64,000 nt of DNA from Nanobdellati archaeon. Lineage in GTDB: Archaea; EX4484-52; GLR71. Position 1 is the stretch's first letter. Each line of letters begins with the position of its first letter. Both the position numbers and the translations under genes were made by a program. The notes beneath the pieces were generated by a model. That model made no database searches and had not been told where the DNA came from. It saw only the letters and a program-made list of their open reading frames with translations. Location: contig JAHYJO010000001.1 of the NCBI GenBank assembly GCA_019429125.1, positions 90,065 through 154,064 on the forward strand. The letters are read 5' to 3'. Below, piece after piece: positions 28,805 through 39,705 of the stretch.

Positions 28805-31800
28805 ATGTATTTTCAAAAATCGGGTTGCATTATTGTCTTAATTTTATCTATCTTAATTATGTCTGTCAGTGTATTTGCAGTCGATGGTATTTTGATTTGG
28901 ACAGCAGATAATGATTGGGATGGTGGAATATACATCAATATGTTCTCCAATTCTGGCAATTTAGTACTTTCTGGTTTTTTTAATGAGTATAGTGATTGGT
29001 TATATCAAAATAAGATTATAGTTAATAATACAGGGAATGTTGAGGATATTACTGATTATCAAGTTCTTGTAAATCTTAGTTCATCTGATTTTGATTTTTC
29101 AGCAACAACATCTAATGGTGATGATATAAGATTTACTTGGTTAAATGAAACTTCAGATGTAGAACAGAAAATATATTTTTGGATAGAGTCATGGGACTCA
29201 ACTGCTGAAGAAGCATTAATCTGGGTAAAAGTGCCCTATGTTGCATCAAGTACAAATGGGTCTATTTATATTTATTATGGGAATCAGTCTGCAAGTTCTG
29301 AAAGTAATTTTTCTTCAATTACTGAAAATTTCTGGTTAAATCTGACAAGTTACAGTGCAACACCATCTATACAGACACCTTATTCCTTTACTGTTGAATC
29401 TGACCGGAATAGTTGGGGTGGTGGTACATGGAGCACCGGATATAATGGAATTCGGTTCAATTATACAAATACACAGGACATTTTTGTTATGAATTTTACA
29501 ACGAAATTTACATTATTCAATAATCCCGGTTCATATTTGGATCGTTCTGTTTATTTTCTTGATGTTTATACTATAGACAATAATATGATTTTTTCAATGT
29601 TTCGATATGGTAATACAATGTATATTTATGACGGTGTACAACCCTGGACTTTTAGTACTATAAGAAATACCGCATACAGTAAAAATATAGGTGCTATGAA
29701 TACTGGGACTGAATATGATATAGGTCTAATTTTTGATGGAACTATCTGGTCTGTATATGTAGACAGTGTATTGAAAAGAACAATTACACAGTCGACATTT
29801 AAGAATAGTCCTGCCGGATGGCTGAGTATAACTGGAAGACCAACTACAAATTTTAATGGCGCTTCAGATACTGAAAATCAGATAACAATAAAGTCAGATA
29901 CTTTTTATCAGAATCAATACACATTAACCGAACCAAATACAATAATTTATTCACAAGAAATTCCTCTGATAATAGGTCAGTATACCTCAAACACTATAGA
30001 CACGCTTAACATCATTTCAAGACTCAAGGCGACATGGAACACATCAGACAGCTGGGCATACAAGAAAGAGATAAATATCTCAAACACTGGTGCAGAACTC
30101 ACAGACTATCAGTTTAAGATAATTATTGATAAAGAGATTAGCATGAATGCAGACTATTCTGATCTGCGATTCACAGATAATAACAATTATCAATTGAATT
30201 ACTGGGTTGAAGAGAATAACATAGTCCATGCTATCGTCTGGGTAAAAGTAAATCTTTCTGCGTTTACTAATACAACAATTAATGTGTATTATGGTAATCC
30301 TTATGCGACAAGTAAAAGTAATGAGAGTAATATATTTTTATTTTACGATGATTTCTCTAGCAGTTCTTTCATAAGTTATGAGAATGACTGTAAGCCGGAT
30401 TCTATGAGCACGTCAACAACTCAATCCGGCACATATTATACCGCCCCTTATGGGGCGTTTATTGATACTGGGTATAATGGTTTTTGTGGTGATGCTGGGC
30501 TTGTGAAAGAGATAACACTTCCGGATATTTCTGGAAATATTTCTATTGCATTTGCGATAAAAGGTTGGGGTGCGTTTTGGTCAGGTTCAAGAGGGATTAT
30601 TATTGAGCGTGATGGTTATGATTATGGCCCCAAAGCCTGCGATTTAGGTCAGACATATTTTTGGCTTGCGTGTGCAACACGACGCGGAAATAGTTGTGGT
30701 AGCCTAACACATCCTGAGACAGGACTTTTATATACTCCGCCAATAATTACTGGGAGTTGGCAAGAATTTACTCGAGATATAACTCCTTTTTCTGGAAAGA
30801 CTTTTAGGTTAAGGATATTGACACATGATTATTCTAATATTTATTGTAATTTTGGTGATCATGCTCAAGACTTATGGGTTGATGATATAAAAATAAAAAA
30901 AGATACAGAAATTAAACCAACTATCTCAACTGTAAGTCCACCTATGTCAGGTGATATCTCCGTCGAATTCAGTGCAGACGGAACTAATTGGCTTGAAATA
31001 TCAAATAACACAAATTACACAATAGGTGGTGGTATCGGTTCAGGCACAGAAATCCGGTACCGCATAAACATGTTGACATTGAATGCTCGCCAATCACCAA
31101 AAGTTCATGATATAACTTTAGAATATGATTCTGGTTTTAATTCTTGTGGCAGTTTATCTGATGAAAATAGACAGTATCTGTTAAATAATGATGTGTCTGC
31201 ATCAGGAACTTGTTTTACGATTGATGCGGACAATATAACTCTTGATTGTCAAGGATATATTATTAATTATTCACAAAGCGGGGTTGGTTACGGGGTTGAG
31301 GTAAATAGTGGTTATGATAATATTACTGTTAAAAATTGTAATATTGTGCAAGGGAGTGAAACAGATAATTCATATGCTGTTGATTTATCTTCAAGTTGGG
31401 ATAGTGTGTTATTAAATAATACAATTACAACTGTCGGTGATAATAGTTATGGTATTTATTTTTCAAATTCTAAAAATAATACAGTGTATAATACTTATTT
31501 TTCTGTTGTTGATGATGTTGATATCTATGTGCGCGGAACTGGAAACTATAAAAATGTTATAATTAATTCAACTTTTGATGTTGATGAGATTTATTTTGAA
31601 TCTGATAATTCTGGCAGTATTGAAGTCTTATTTTATTTTAATCTATATGTGAACGATTCAAATGGAAGTTCTATAGAGGGTGTAAATGTGACTGTTTGGC
31701 AGATTGATGGCACTTTTGAATTTAGTATGCTTACGGATGTTTCTGGAAATATAGAGACACAAATCTTGTCAGATTTTATGCAGAATTATACTGCTAAATA

Positions 31801-32902
31801 TATTAGTGATTATGTTATGAATATTACTAAATCTGGTTATGTGCCGATTTCGATGCCTGTTACATCGAGTTTTAAATCCATTAATGTTACACTTTTGGTT
31901 AATAATCCACCACAAATAACTATTGATTCACCATTGAACAGTCTATATAATCATCAAGCAATCTGGTTTAATATTAGTGTGACTGATGATTGGAATTTAA
32001 TTGATTGGTGTGGTTATAGTCTTAATGGTTCAGAGAATGTAACTATGTATGAAGATTCTCTTGATCATTTTTCGTTATTAAATGATACTGTATTTGTTGG
32101 ATCTTATGACCTTGTATTTTATTGCAATGATACTTATGGTCTTTATAATAGTACTGATATGATTTATTTTGAAGTATTATATGATTGTATGAGTGATTCG
32201 GATTGTTCTCTTGTGGGGGATATTTGTATACAGAATGGTTGTGTTGATATAGGTTGTACTGAGTTTTGTACTTATAATGTTGATACTTTGTGTCATTCGG
32301 ATTGTCATAAGGTAAATGGTTGTGATTTTTATGATAGTGTCGCTGAAACAGTTTGTAATAATAAACCTTATGGTCAATGGGTTGTTTATGATGCTACTCA
32401 GGTCATAAATTGCTGTGAAGGTATACCTAAAACATCATATGAACCTGATGTGACTTATGCAGGGCTTAATCCGTTAACGGTTTATCTGGGGGATGTGGCT
32501 GATGTTGTTGTGTCTATCAGGAATAGGAATGATTTTGAAGATACTTTTACTGTTTCTCTTGAGAGTGCATCAACTCTTAAATATTGGTCATGGTTTGCAA
32601 CACATAAAAATGATGAGAAAAGAATGAGTATGGATATGTCTTTTAAGCCATATGAGCAGAAGTTTGTAAGTCTTAAGGTGTTAGGTGCAACGGACGGTTG
32701 CTTTAAAGGCGGTTCTTCTTTAGGTATTAATGTGATTACTTCGTTTGGTAAGTCTGATAAAGAATATATTGAAGTATGTATGTTACCATCTAAAACATCT
32801 AAGTCATTTAGTCGGAATGTTTCTGGGCTGAACTATATTGGTTTTATTATCTTGATTCTTATGTCTCTTGTAATCTATAATTTTAGAGCTAATAAAGTTT
32901 GA
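28805..32902 (+). CDS. Large cell-surface protein: two DUF2341 domains, parallel beta-helix, Ig-like and Cys-rich regions, C-terminal TM
   Basis: Two DIRFT/DLRFT..WIE..WVKV..YYGN units; CFTIDADNITLDCQG; signal peptide and C-terminal TM helix. Confidence 0.8.
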   Translation: MYFQKSGCIIVLILSILIMSVSVFAVDGILIWTADNDWDGGIYINMFSNSGNLVLSGFFNEYSDWLYQNKIIVNNTGNVEDITDYQVLVNLSSSDFDFSATTSNGDDIRFTWLNETSDVEQKIYFWIESWDSTAEEALIWVKVPYVASSTNGSIYIYYGNQSASSESNFSSITENFWLNLTSYSATPSIQTPYSFTVESDRNSWGGGTWSTGYNGIRFNYTNTQDIFVMNFTTKFTLFNNPGSYLDRSVYFLDVYTIDNNMIFSMFRYGNTMYIYDGVQPWTFSTIRNTAYSKNIGAMNTGTEYDIGLIFDGTIWSVYVDSVLKRTITQSTFKNSPAGWLSITGRPTTNFNGASDTENQITIKSDTFYQNQYTLTEPNTIIYSQEIPLIIGQYTSNTIDTLNIISRLKATWNTSDSWAYKKEINISNTGAELTDYQFKIIIDKEISMNADYSDLRFTDNNNYQLNYWVEENNIVHAIVWVKVNLSAFTNTTINVYYGNPYATSKSNESNIFLFYDDFSSSSFISYENDCKPDSMSTSTTQSGTYYTAPYGAFIDTGYNGFCGDAGLVKEITLPDISGNISIAFAIKGWGAFWSGSRGIIIERDGYDYGPKACDLGQTYFWLACATRRGNSCGSLTHPETGLLYTPPIITGSWQEFTRDITPFSGKTFRLRILTHDYSNIYCNFGDHAQDLWVDDIKIKKDTEIKPTISTVSPPMSGDISVEFSADGTNWLEISNNTNYTIGGGIGSGTEIRYRINMLTLNARQSPKVHDITLEYDSGFNSCGSLSDENRQYLLNNDVSASGTCFTIDADNITLDCQGYIINYSQSGVGYGVEVNSGYDNITVKNCNIVQGSETDNSYAVDLSSSWDSVLLNNTITTVGDNSYGIYFSNSKNNTVYNTYFSVVDDVDIYVRGTGNYKNVIINSTFDVDEIYFESDNSGSIEVLFYFNLYVNDSNGSSIEGVNVTVWQIDGTFEFSMLTDVSGNIETQILSDFMQNYTAKYISDYVMNITKSGYVPISMPVTSSFKSINVTLLVNNPPQITIDSPLNSLYNHQAIWFNISVTDDWNLIDWCGYSLNGSENVTMYEDSLDHFSLLNDTVFVGSYDLVFYCNDTYGLYNSTDMIYFEVLYDCMSDSDCSLVGDICIQNGCVDIGCTEFCTYNVDTLCHSDCHKVNGCDFYDSVAETVCNNKPYGQWVVYDATQVINCCEGIPKTSYEPDVTYAGLNPLTVYLGDVADVVVSIRNRNDFEDTFTVSLESASTLKYWSWFATHKNDEKRMSMDMSFKPYEQKFVSLKVLGATDGCFKGGSSLGINVITSFGKSDKEYIEVCMLPSKTSKSFSRNVSGLNYIGFIILILMSLVIYNFRANKV

Positions 32903-32956
32903 ATTTTAATTGATAATTTTTGAATTTAGTTAGTGAGAAATTAAAAAAATAGAAGA

Positions 32957-33083
32957 TGGGCTCGAAGGGGTTTGAACCCTCGACTTCCGGCTCTCCAAGA
33001 CCAATACTTAGGAAAGCAAGTTCCGAATTTATGAAACGTGGCCATATAAGACCGGCGCTCCAACCAGACTGAGCTACGAGCCC
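32957..33083 (-). tRNA. tRNA-Ile(UAU) with a 52-nt intron at 37/38 (32993-33044)
   Basis: Spliced anticodon arm CCGGT-CTTATAA-GCCGG; GGGCTCG acceptor stem; BHB-like junction. Confidence 0.88.
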
Positions 33084-33161
33084 TTCTATTAAAAGTTATT
33101 GCAAAACCAATATAAAGTTTAGCAACATTTATCTGATTTAATAGACAATTTTATATATATT

Positions 33162-34076
33162 GTGGCGTTTGGCATGCAAAACTCGGTAATTGAATACATA
33201 AAAAAAGGATTAATTGGAAGGGATTTTGAGCTTATTCAGTTCGAGCGCTATTGTTTTGATATCGCGGCTAAAAAGAAAGATGCATTTATCCTTATAAAAA
33301 TTCTTTCAAATGTGGATAGTTTTTCGAGTGCGCAGGCAGATGACCTTAAAAATATGGGTTCGGCAATAGGGGCTTCACCTGTAATCTGTGGTATTCGTGG
33401 TCGTAATTTTAAGATTTCTGAGAATTATGTATATGAACGTTTCGGTATATATGTAGTACATCCTGAAACATTTTTGAATTCTTTAGATCTTGTTCTTCCT
33501 TTTATATTATCTCGGAAAGGAAAAAATACAGTTTCAATTGATACTGAGCGCCTTCATGACATAAGGATCCATCTTGATCTATCTTTTCAGAAGATGTCTG
33601 GTACAATTGGCGTATCTAAAAAGACACTTTATCTTGCTGAGAAAACTGGGCGTACCAGTGATTATGTTGTAGAAGCTATTGAGGAATTGATTAATGAAGT
33701 GATACGGCGCCCCGTGGATATATTTTCATCAGAGATGCATTTTAGGCAGCGCGAAAAGACTATGTTGGAAAAGAAACTTACACAGATGACTTCTAAGTTT
33801 GGTTATTCTGATTTTGTGTTTCATACTGCACCCGTAAAAATAGTACTTAAAGCTGATGATGATTCGTGCATGTGTGATGCAGAGTCTAAATTTATTAATG
33901 AACAGAAGATGTCAGATCTTAAGAAATTGAGTGAATTTTGTGATTTTTTACCGGTTGTTATTGTTGAGAACACATCCTCTGAATCATCTTGCGGGATTGC
34001 ATTCGTTGATATCAAAGAGATTCGGAAGATTCATTCTAAGAAAGAATTGATTGAACTTATATATGGTAGGATTTGA
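33162..34076 (+). CDS. Archaeal Cro/C1-type HTH transcriptional regulator (COG1395-like)
   Basis: CFDIAAKK..IKILSNVDS, VYERFGI, central HTH IGVSKKTLYLAE. Confidence 0.8.
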   Translation: MAFGMQNSVIEYIKKGLIGRDFELIQFERYCFDIAAKKKDAFILIKILSNVDSFSSAQADDLKNMGSAIGASPVICGIRGRNFKISENYVYERFGIYVVHPETFLNSLDLVLPFILSRKGKNTVSIDTERLHDIRIHLDLSFQKMSGTIGVSKKTLYLAEKTGRTSDYVVEAIEELINEVIRRPVDIFSSEMHFRQREKTMLEKKLTQMTSKFGYSDFVFHTAPVKIVLKADDDSCMCDAESKFINEQKMSDLKKLSEFCDFLPVVIVENTSSESSCGIAFVDIKEIRKIHSKKELIELIYGRI

Positions 34077-34181
34077 ATATTTAAGGGATGTTTGTTTAGT
34101 ATTTAGTGTGTTCAGGTGAAATCTAATTTGTAAGATTTATGATGAATATTTTTTTATATTTTTGATGGATAATATATAGTT

Positions 34182-34366
34182 ATGTTAGAAAATGCGGAAC
34201 GCTTTTTTAAGGTCTATTCAGGTATTCCAATTGACGAAAGAAGTAAGCCTATAGTAATTATTGATGAGGAACTATAAACTGGAAGTTAATTCATGAAGAG
34301 ATAAGTAATGAAACTGAAAGGGTAAAGGCAATTTTGAAAATGTTAATTGAGTTGGAAATAATATGA
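34182..34366 (+). pseudogene. Frameshifted small hypothetical protein (module gene 1)
   Basis: MLENAERFFKVYSGIPIDERSKPIVIIDE / INWKLIHEEISNETERVKAILKMLIELEII; ATGA overlap with the next gene. Confidence 0.6.
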
Positions 34367-34576
34367 GTAACGAAAAAGAGATTTTAATAAAAAGGATAGT
34401 AATAGAACGTATTAAAACTATGGCTCCAAATGTTAAGATTGTATTAGGGGTCTAATGGTGGATTTTTAGATAGGAATGGGTTACTTTTAGAAATTAATAA
34501 TAATACTGATATAAGAAATAAAATTATTGAAATTCAATTAAAATATATGCGTGCGTTGAAGGAAGTTTTAGTATAA
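34363..34576 (+). pseudogene. Frameshifted small hypothetical protein (module gene 2)
   Basis: MSNEKEILIKRIVIERIKTMAPNVKIVLG / SNGGFLDRNGLLLEINNNTDIRNKIIEIQLKYMRALKEVLV. Confidence 0.6.
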
Positions 34577-34578
34577 AT

Positions 34579-35218
34579 ATGAAAACTATATTTTTTGTTA
34601 GACCTTGTCATGATTCTGTTACTTCTTATTTGCATTATTATAGTAAACAATTGTTAAACGAATCAGAGGATAGAGGTTTAAAAACAATAAATAAAGACAA
34701 AGAGGATGCAAATAGGGAGGTAGTAAAGAAGGTTATTAATAAAATAAATCCTGATTTTATTATGTTTAATGGGTATGGTAATCCTACAATGATTTGTGAA
34801 CATAATAATGACGTGATTATTGAAAAGGATGATAATCATGATTTATTTAAAGACAGGATAATTTATTCTTTATCGTGTAGTTCTGCATTAGAATTAGATA
34901 AAACTGTGGGGGGGTAGCAGTACTACTTTTATTGGTTATGTTGATGATTTTGCATTGAGGACGGATAATAATTGTCAAGCTACAATTCATAGAGATAATA
35001 GGGCAAATTTATTCCTTGAACCTTCAAATTTATTGGTTGAATCTATTTTAAAAGGAAATTCTGCAAAAGAAGCAGTTCTAAAGGCAAAAACGTTGATGAG
35101 AAGAAATATTTCAATATTGAAAACAGATCAGTTTCCCGATGTAAAGGATTATCTCCCTTATCTTTTTAATAATTATTTGATTTTGGATATTATAGGTAAT
35201 GAATCTGCACGTTTGTGA
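34579..35218 (+). pseudogene. Frameshifted caspase/gingipain (C25)-like protein
   Basis: FNGYG...YSLSC...FIGY...GNESARL; the two track ORFs join across the G7 run at 34908-34914. Confidence 0.6.
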
Positions 35219-35226
35219 GTTTCCCT

Positions 35227-36171
35227 TCATTCTAAAACCTTAATACTATCAACTTTACCATCACCATCAATGTCAAGACCTTCAACTACACAGGCCCAGT
35301 TGTCTTCGCCGTTGTATTTTTCAAGGATTGTTTCTGTGAATCTTGTGAGCGCTAATACGGCAGCTTTTGTTCCGTTTGCTCTGTTTCCTGCAAAGATTAG
35401 TATACTTTTGGTTGTGTTTATTGGGTTTACTATTTTTGCGATGACCCCTATGTTGTCTTCATTATAAGTTTTTCCAGTCTTTTTGGATATTATGCCTCTG
35501 AATGGAAACGTGTCTATTTTGAATTTGACTTGTAGGTAATTGTTTACATCACTTGTTATTAGATTTGTGAGCGGACCGCCTACGATTATCAGATTGGTGT
35601 CTATTGTGTCTTTGGATTTTATGTCAATGTCAAGCGCTGTTGTGAACTTTTCAGGCATAGATACAATCTGTCCTAGAAATAATGCTACGTCTATTGCGTA
35701 ATGACCGTCTCTTGCGCGCACTTGATGGGGTCCGTGAGGGTCGGGTGAGCCTACAACTATATGGGCGTTTAATTGTCCGTTGTTTATGAAGGGATAAAGG
35801 AATGATTTTTGCTTTTCAGATTCATTTCTCATCGGAAAATCTGCAAGTTTCATGTCGCCGGATGGCAGTTCAAGTGCAAATGCGTTGTTTGTTACTGTAT
35901 AATATTTCGCGAGAGTACCACCTTGTTCTTTTTTGCTTTTTACTTCAATGAGACCGTTTGCTTCAAGCTGTTTTATGTGGTAGTAAACTTTTTGCTCGTG
36001 AATATGAAGATATTTTGCGATGTCTGCAGGGTATCTCGGTCGCTCTGCAAGAAGTTTTAGGATTTCCCATCGCGTATTGTTTAGAAGACCTTTTAGTTTT
36101 TCAGGTTCATCTACAAGAATTGCATCTTTTGAGAAGAATTTGCCGTTAATCTCTTTTATTATCTGTGCCAT
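35227..36171 (-). CDS. ArsR-type HTH regulator fused to an S-layer-C-like domain
   Basis: RWEILKLL..YPADIAK..EQKVYYHIKQLE; NLIIVGGPLTNLIT; ILIFAGNRANGTKAA. Confidence 0.8.
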   Translation of the reverse strand: MAQIIKEINGKFFSKDAILVDEPEKLKGLLNNTRWEILKLLAERPRYPADIAKYLHIHEQKVYYHIKQLEANGLIEVKSKKEQGGTLAKYYTVTNNAFALELPSGDMKLADFPMRNESEKQKSFLYPFINNGQLNAHIVVGSPDPHGPHQVRARDGHYAIDVALFLGQIVSMPEKFTTALDIDIKSKDTIDTNLIIVGGPLTNLITSDVNNYLQVKFKIDTFPFRGIISKKTGKTYNEDNIGVIAKIVNPINTTKSILIFAGNRANGTKAAVLALTRFTETILEKYNGEDNWACVVEGLDIDGDGKVDSIKVLE

Positions 36172-36304
36172 ATTAATCTAATCCTATTTTATTATTTATT
36201 TTGTGTATTTTTTTAATATTTTTGTGTATTTTTTTCTGTGTTATAATTTATGTGAATATACGTGATTTTATGTAAATATTAGTTATGATTTGTTTTTTAG
36301 TATT

Positions 36305-36410
36305 ATTATAAGTTTGATTATAATAGTCTTCATTATTTGTATATTTGTCGTCTTTTTCTTTATAAATGTTTGGTTTAGTATATAAACCCCATTATAAAAC
36401 CAGTTGTAAT
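36305..36410. promoter_or_regulatory. Two ATTATAA-N6-TT(A/G)TAAT palindromes in the divergent promoter region
   Basis: Sites at 36305-36324 and 36391-36410. Confidence 0.45.
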
Positions 36411-36481
36411 ACCCTTAATCACTTTTGAAAAACCTTTTTATAGCTCGTTTTATTATTATATTTTGTTATTTGGTAAATTAT

Positions 36482-38263
36482 ATGTGTGGGATAGTCGGCT
36501 ATAAAGGAAAAAGAGAGGCTTACAAGATTATACTTGACAGCCTTAAGACTCTTGAATATAGAGGTTATGATTCTTGGGGTGTTGCTGTTATCGGTAATCC
36601 TTCAATTTCTGTTGTGAAAGAAGTAGGCATGATAAGTGATGCTGATTCTTTGATAAATAATACTAAAATTACTAAGGGTACAACGGGTGTTGGGCATACT
36701 CGATGGGCGACACATGGTAATGTTACAGAAGCTAATTCTCATCCGCACTTGTCAACTGATGGCAAGATTGCTGTGGTTCATAATGGTATAATTGAAAATT
36801 ATCAGTCTCTTAGGGGCGAACTTAAGAAAAAAGGATATGTGTTCAAGTCTGATACAGATAGTGAGGTAATCCCATATCTTATTGAAGATTTTTTGAAAAG
36901 TGAAACCGGTATTTCTTTTGAGGATGCTTTCCGTAAGACATTATATCTTCTTGAAGGTACATATGCAATTGTTGCGATAGATAAAGATTCAGAGACTATG
37001 TTGTGTGTACGTAAAGATTCACCTATTGTTATAGGTGTGGGTGATGGTGAATATTTTATCGCGAGCGATGCTCCTGCATTTATTGAACATACAAAAAATG
37101 TTATATTTTTAGAAAATGATGAGCTTGTAGCATTTAATGGTGATATGAAAATTATAGATCTAGTTACTGGTAAAAAATTATCTAAAAAACCACAAGTCAT
37201 TGATTGGGATGTTGAGCAGGCAAAGAAAGGTGAATTCAAACATTACATGCTTAAAGAGATTTCAGAACAGAAAGAGACAATAAATAAGGCGATACATCAG
37301 GATAATAAAGTAATTCAAGATATAGCCGATGCAATAAATGAGTCTTACGGTACATTTTTTATAGCTTCAGGATCGTCTTACCATGCTGCGCTTTCAGCAT
37401 CATATACATTTTCTAGGATTGCAAAAAAACATATCAATGTTGTTGATGCATCTGAATTTCCTAATTATGAGCATTTCTTGACTCCGCAGACGCTAATGAT
37501 TACTGTGTCACAATCAGGTGAGACAGCAGATGTACTTGATGCGGTCAAGGTTGCCAAAAAGAAAGGGGTCAAGATAATCTCCATTGTCAATGTCATGGGT
37601 TCTTCTCTTATGAGAAATTCTAATTATTCGCTTCTTATGAATGTAGGTCCAGAAATCTGTGTCCTTTCAACTAAAAGTTATACGTCGCAACTGTCAATCC
37701 TTACACTTTTAGCTTATGCATCTGTTGGTAAGCTTGATGAAGGTAAAGCACTCTTGAAATGTGTTGCCAATCATGTGGGTGAACTTACAGACCCTAAAGT
37801 GCTCCTTGATACTGTTGAGGTTGCTTCATATCTTAAAGATAAGGAACATCTGTATGTGATTGGTCGTGGGCAGAGCTATCCGACTGCACTTGAGGCAGCA
37901 CTTAAAATTAAAGAGGTGTCATACATCCATGCAGAAGGGTTTGCGGGTGGGAGTCTTAAACATGGTCCTATTGCCCTAATTGAGAAAGGTACACCTTGCA
38001 TTGTCTTTGCACCAAATGACGAGACTAAAAAAGAGGTTTTGAGTAATGCTATGGAAATAAAATCTCGTGGGGGGTACATAATAGGTGTATCTGATATGGA
38101 TAATGAAATATTTGATTATTTTATCAAGGTTCCTGATGTGGGGCATGCGTCGCCAATCTGTGACATCATCCCTATTCAGGTGCTGTCATATTATCTTGCT
38201 ATACTTCGTGGGTGCAATCCTGATAGGCCACGAAATCTTGCAAAGAGCGTGACTGTCAAATGA
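36482..38263 (+). CDS. glmS: Glutamine-fructose-6-phosphate transaminase
   Basis: MCGIVG, LEYRGYDS, GHTRWATHG, HNGIIEN, SQSGETAD, PRNLAKSVTV. Confidence 0.97.
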   Translation: MCGIVGYKGKREAYKIILDSLKTLEYRGYDSWGVAVIGNPSISVVKEVGMISDADSLINNTKITKGTTGVGHTRWATHGNVTEANSHPHLSTDGKIAVVHNGIIENYQSLRGELKKKGYVFKSDTDSEVIPYLIEDFLKSETGISFEDAFRKTLYLLEGTYAIVAIDKDSETMLCVRKDSPIVIGVGDGEYFIASDAPAFIEHTKNVIFLENDELVAFNGDMKIIDLVTGKKLSKKPQVIDWDVEQAKKGEFKHYMLKEISEQKETINKAIHQDNKVIQDIADAINESYGTFFIASGSSYHAALSASYTFSRIAKKHINVVDASEFPNYEHFLTPQTLMITVSQSGETADVLDAVKVAKKKGVKIISIVNVMGSSLMRNSNYSLLMNVGPEICVLSTKSYTSQLSILTLLAYASVGKLDEGKALLKCVANHVGELTDPKVLLDTVEVASYLKDKEHLYVIGRGQSYPTALEAALKIKEVSYIHAEGFAGGSLKHGPIALIEKGTPCIVFAPNDETKKEVLSNAMEIKSRGGYIIGVSDMDNEIFDYFIKVPDVGHASPICDIIPIQVLSYYLAILRGCNPDRPRNLAKSVTVK

Positions 38264-38327
38264 AAAATGTATAAACTATTTATGTGACTGTTGAATAATC
38301 TGTTATATTGAAAGTTTTGGTGAAAAT

Positions 38328-39701
38328 ATGGATATGTCAATTTTTAGGGCCTACGATGTCCGTGGTGTGTATGGTAAATCTTTGACTGACGAAGTTATGG
38401 AAAAAATTGGTCTTGCGCTTTCCATGCTCATGAAATCAAAGGATATGGGTTCTGAAATTTTGGTAGGGGCTGATATAAGGTCATCTAGTCCTGCTCTTCT
38501 GGATGCGTTTGTTCGTGGGGCTACTCGCGGTGGGCTTGATGTGGTCAATTGTGGCATAACATCATTTGGGGTTGCTCTTTTTTCTGGCTGGAAACTTAAG
38601 AAAGATGTTACTGCATTTATTACTGCATCTCACAATCCTTCTGAATGGAACGGTATTAAGTTTTATGATAAGGAGTGCATTGGTTTTTTTGAGGATGTGA
38701 ATCGCGAGCTTGGTGAGATTGTGGCTCACGGTGTTTTTGTACAACCTGATTCTGTTGGTAAGGTGTTATCAGTTGATATGTGCGATGATTATGTTAAATA
38801 TTTGTCTGATGCATTTTCTATTGATAAAAATGTAAAGGTTGTGGTTGATTGCGGTAACGGGAGTACTTCTCTTTCTGCACCTAATGTTTTTGCAGTAGTT
38901 GATAATATTGATTCGACTGTTATCTTTGATAATGTGGATCCTAATTTTTCAGATAGGGGTTCTGATGTTGAGGCTGAAAATCTTCAAAAGCTTAAAAGTA
39001 AGGTCTTGGAGACGGGGGCTGCTTTTGGTGTGGGTTTTGATGGCGATGGTGACAGGGCGGGCATTGTTGATGATACTGGGCAGATACTTAATTCAGATCA
39101 GGTGACTTATGCGCTTGCGAAGTATATGTTTTCCGGTAATAATGATGTTTTAATAATCAATGTTGAGTGTTCAATGGCAACTGAAAAGCAGGTTGAAAAA
39201 ATGGGTGGGCGTGTCGTGAGGATTCCTGTAGGTCATACATACATGATGCAGTCTGCAAAGGAGGAGAATGCAATACTTGGTGAAGAGACTGCATTTCATT
39301 TTGTGATTCCTCAATATTTCCCGTTTGATGATGCAATTTTAGTGCCATTGAAGCTTGCTGAAATCCTTTCAAAGACTGACATGAAACTTTCAGAGATTGT
39401 ATCTGAATTTCCGTTGTATCCTAAACGAAGGGTTGCTCTTGATTGTCCGGATGATATCAAGTTTGATGTAGTCTCTAATCTTAAGGACAATTTTATTGAG
39501 CAGTATGGGAATGAAAAAGTCAATACTCTTGATGGTGTCCGTGTGGATTTCTCTGATGGGTGGGTTCTTATCAGGGTGTCTAATACTGCACCCATACTTC
39601 GTGTGACCAGTGAGGCAATTTCGGAGCAGAGGATGAATGAGATACTTGAAAATTATTCTTTGATTGTTAAGGATGTGATTGAAACGTTGAGGGGTGTGTG
39701 A
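38328..39701 (+). CDS. glmM: Phosphohexomutase (phosphoglucosamine mutase by gene context)
   Basis: FRAYDVRG, TASHNP, FDGDGDR, RVSNT; lies between glmS and glmU. Confidence 0.85.
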   Translation: MDMSIFRAYDVRGVYGKSLTDEVMEKIGLALSMLMKSKDMGSEILVGADIRSSSPALLDAFVRGATRGGLDVVNCGITSFGVALFSGWKLKKDVTAFITASHNPSEWNGIKFYDKECIGFFEDVNRELGEIVAHGVFVQPDSVGKVLSVDMCDDYVKYLSDAFSIDKNVKVVVDCGNGSTSLSAPNVFAVVDNIDSTVIFDNVDPNFSDRGSDVEAENLQKLKSKVLETGAAFGVGFDGDGDRAGIVDDTGQILNSDQVTYALAKYMFSGNNDVLIINVECSMATEKQVEKMGGRVVRIPVGHTYMMQSAKEENAILGEETAFHFVIPQYFPFDDAILVPLKLAEILSKTDMKLSEIVSEFPLYPKRRVALDCPDDIKFDVVSNLKDNFIEQYGNEKVNTLDGVRVDFSDGWVLIRVSNTAPILRVTSEAISEQRMNEILENYSLIVKDVIETLRGV

Positions 39702-39705
39702 TTTT

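Noticed and set aside
36425-36481. N-terminal extension of GlmS in the ORF track
   Set aside because: GlmS requires an N-terminal Cys, so the start is ATG 36482.
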